A stretch of 64,000 nucleotides of DNA from Eledone cirrhosa (Eukaryota). Position 1 is the stretch's first letter; each line of letters opens with the position of its first letter. The notes under the pieces were generated by a model. That model was not told the DNA's origin. It did not search any database and saw only the letters and a program-made list of their open reading frames with translations. Location: contig OZ024745.1 in the NCBI GenBank assembly GCA_964016885.1, positions 186,001 to 250,000 of the forward strand. Reading direction: 5' to 3'. A program made the position numbers and the translations under genes. Of this stretch, positions 62,501-64,000 are shown piece after piece.

Positions 62501-64000
62501 TGTCACTCACAGCTGAGATATACCACCTAGACTGGGATGTAGAGTCTGTCACTCACAGCGGAGATATACCACCTAGACTGGGGTGTAGAGTCTGTCACTC
62601 ACAGCTGAGATATACCACCTAGACTGGGGTGTAGAGTCTGTCAGTCACAGCTGAGATATACCACCTAGACTGGGGTGTAGAGTCTGTCACTCGCAGCTGA
62701 GTTATACCACCTAGACTGGGATGTAGAGTCCGTCACTCACAGCTGAGGTATACCACCTAGACTGGGGTGTAGAGTCTGAGACTCACAGCTGAGATATACC
62801 ACCTAGACTGGGTTTGTAGAGTCTGTCACTCATAGATGATATACCACCTAGACTGGGGTGTAGAGTCTGACACTCACAGCTGAGATATACCACCTAGACT
62901 GGGATGTAGAGTCTGTCACTCACAGCTGAGATATACCACCTAGACTGGAGTGTAGAGTATGTCACTCACAGCTGAGATATACCACCTAGACTGGGGTGTA
63001 GAGTCTATCACTCACAGCTGATATACCACCTAGACTGGGGTGTAGAGTATGTCAGTCACAGCTGAGATATACCACCTAGACTGGGGTGTAGAGTCTAGCA
63101 CTCACAGATGATATACCACCTAGACTGGGGTGTAGAGTATGTCACTCACAGCTGATATACCACCTAGAATGGGGTGTAGAGTCTGTCACTCACAGCTGAG
63201 ATATACCACCTAGACTGGGGTGTAGGGTGTCACTCACAGCTGAGATATACCACCTAGACTGGGGTGTAGAGTCTGTCACTCACAGCTGAGATATACCACC
63301 TAGACTGGGGTGTAGAGTCTGTCACTCATAGATGATATACCACCTAGACTGGGATGTAGAGTCTATCACTCACAGCTGAGATATACCACCTAGACTGGGG
63401 TGTAGAGTCTGTCACTCACAGCTGAGATATACCACCTAGACTGGGGTGTAGAGTCTATCACTCACAGCTGAGATATACCACCTAGACTGGAGTGTAGAGT
63501 CTGTCACTCATAGATGATATACCACCTAGACTGGGATGTAGAGTCTGTCACTCACAGCTGAGATATACCACCTAGACTGGGGTGTAGAGTCTGTCACTCA
63601 CAGCTGAGATATACCACCTAGACTGGGTTTGTAGAGTATGTCACTCACAGATGTTATACCACCTAGACTGGGGTGTAGAGTATGTCACTCACAGATGATA
63701 TACCACCTAGACTGGGGTGTAGAGTATGTCAATCACAGCTGAGATATATCACCTAGACTCGGGTGTAGAGTCTAACACTCACAGCTGAGATATACCACCT
63801 AGACTGGGGTGTGGAGTCTGTCACTCACAGCTGAGATATACCACCTAGACTGGGGTGTAGAGTCTGTCACTCATAGATGATATACCACCTAGACTGGGGT
63901 GTAGAGTCTGTCACTCACAGCTGAGATATACCACCTAGACTGGGGTGTGGAGTATGTCACTCACAGCTGAGATATACCACCTAGACTGGGGTGTAGAGTC
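56510..64000 (+). repeat. Minisatellite 5: 46-bp unit (44-bp variants), >160 copies, runs off the window end
   Basis: Unit GAGATATACCACCTAGACTGGGGTGTAGAGTCTGTCACTCACAGCT, with a small internal inverted repeat AGACT...AGTCT. Confidence 0.99.

Noticed and set aside
56510-64000. Common ancestry of the two 46-bp satellites, and of the 23-bp unit as a half-unit
   Set aside because: Only short words (GTGTAG, TGTCAC) are shared. The rest does not align, so the equal length is probably coincidence.

Overview
Eukaryotic, repeat-dominated window. It is most likely cephalopod (Octopus-like), inferred from the SINE bodies and the RTE family, not proven. About two thirds of it is five large minisatellite arrays: 46 bp (2591-8191), 36/38 bp (11473-22037), 22/24 bp (32020-43825), 23 bp (43897-53865) and 46 bp (56510 to the window end). 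The rest holds five copies of one RTE-clade LINE lineage with (GAT)n tails: a near-intact full-length element (26082-30792) nested in an older relative, a second full-length but damaged copy inside a satellite, and two partial copies. There are also fragments of two other non-LTR families, several tRNA-derived SINEs, a piggyBac-like MITE and a few weak candidate minus-strand host exons. Nearly all short ORFs in the track are artefacts of repeats or antisense to the LINE. Main points of interest: (1) a C4HC3 PHD-type finger inserted inside the RTE reverse transcriptase; (2) a 5.6-kb satellite derived from a module of the RTE/SINE 3' tail, with 1x, 2x, duplicated and ~120x states all in this window; (3) a satellite whose unit reads as AG-CT-GTGAGT splice signals and ends exactly at a candidate exon acceptor; (4) an RTE that is one base in a C13 run away from a fully intact ORF. 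All alignments, counts and identities were done by eye.
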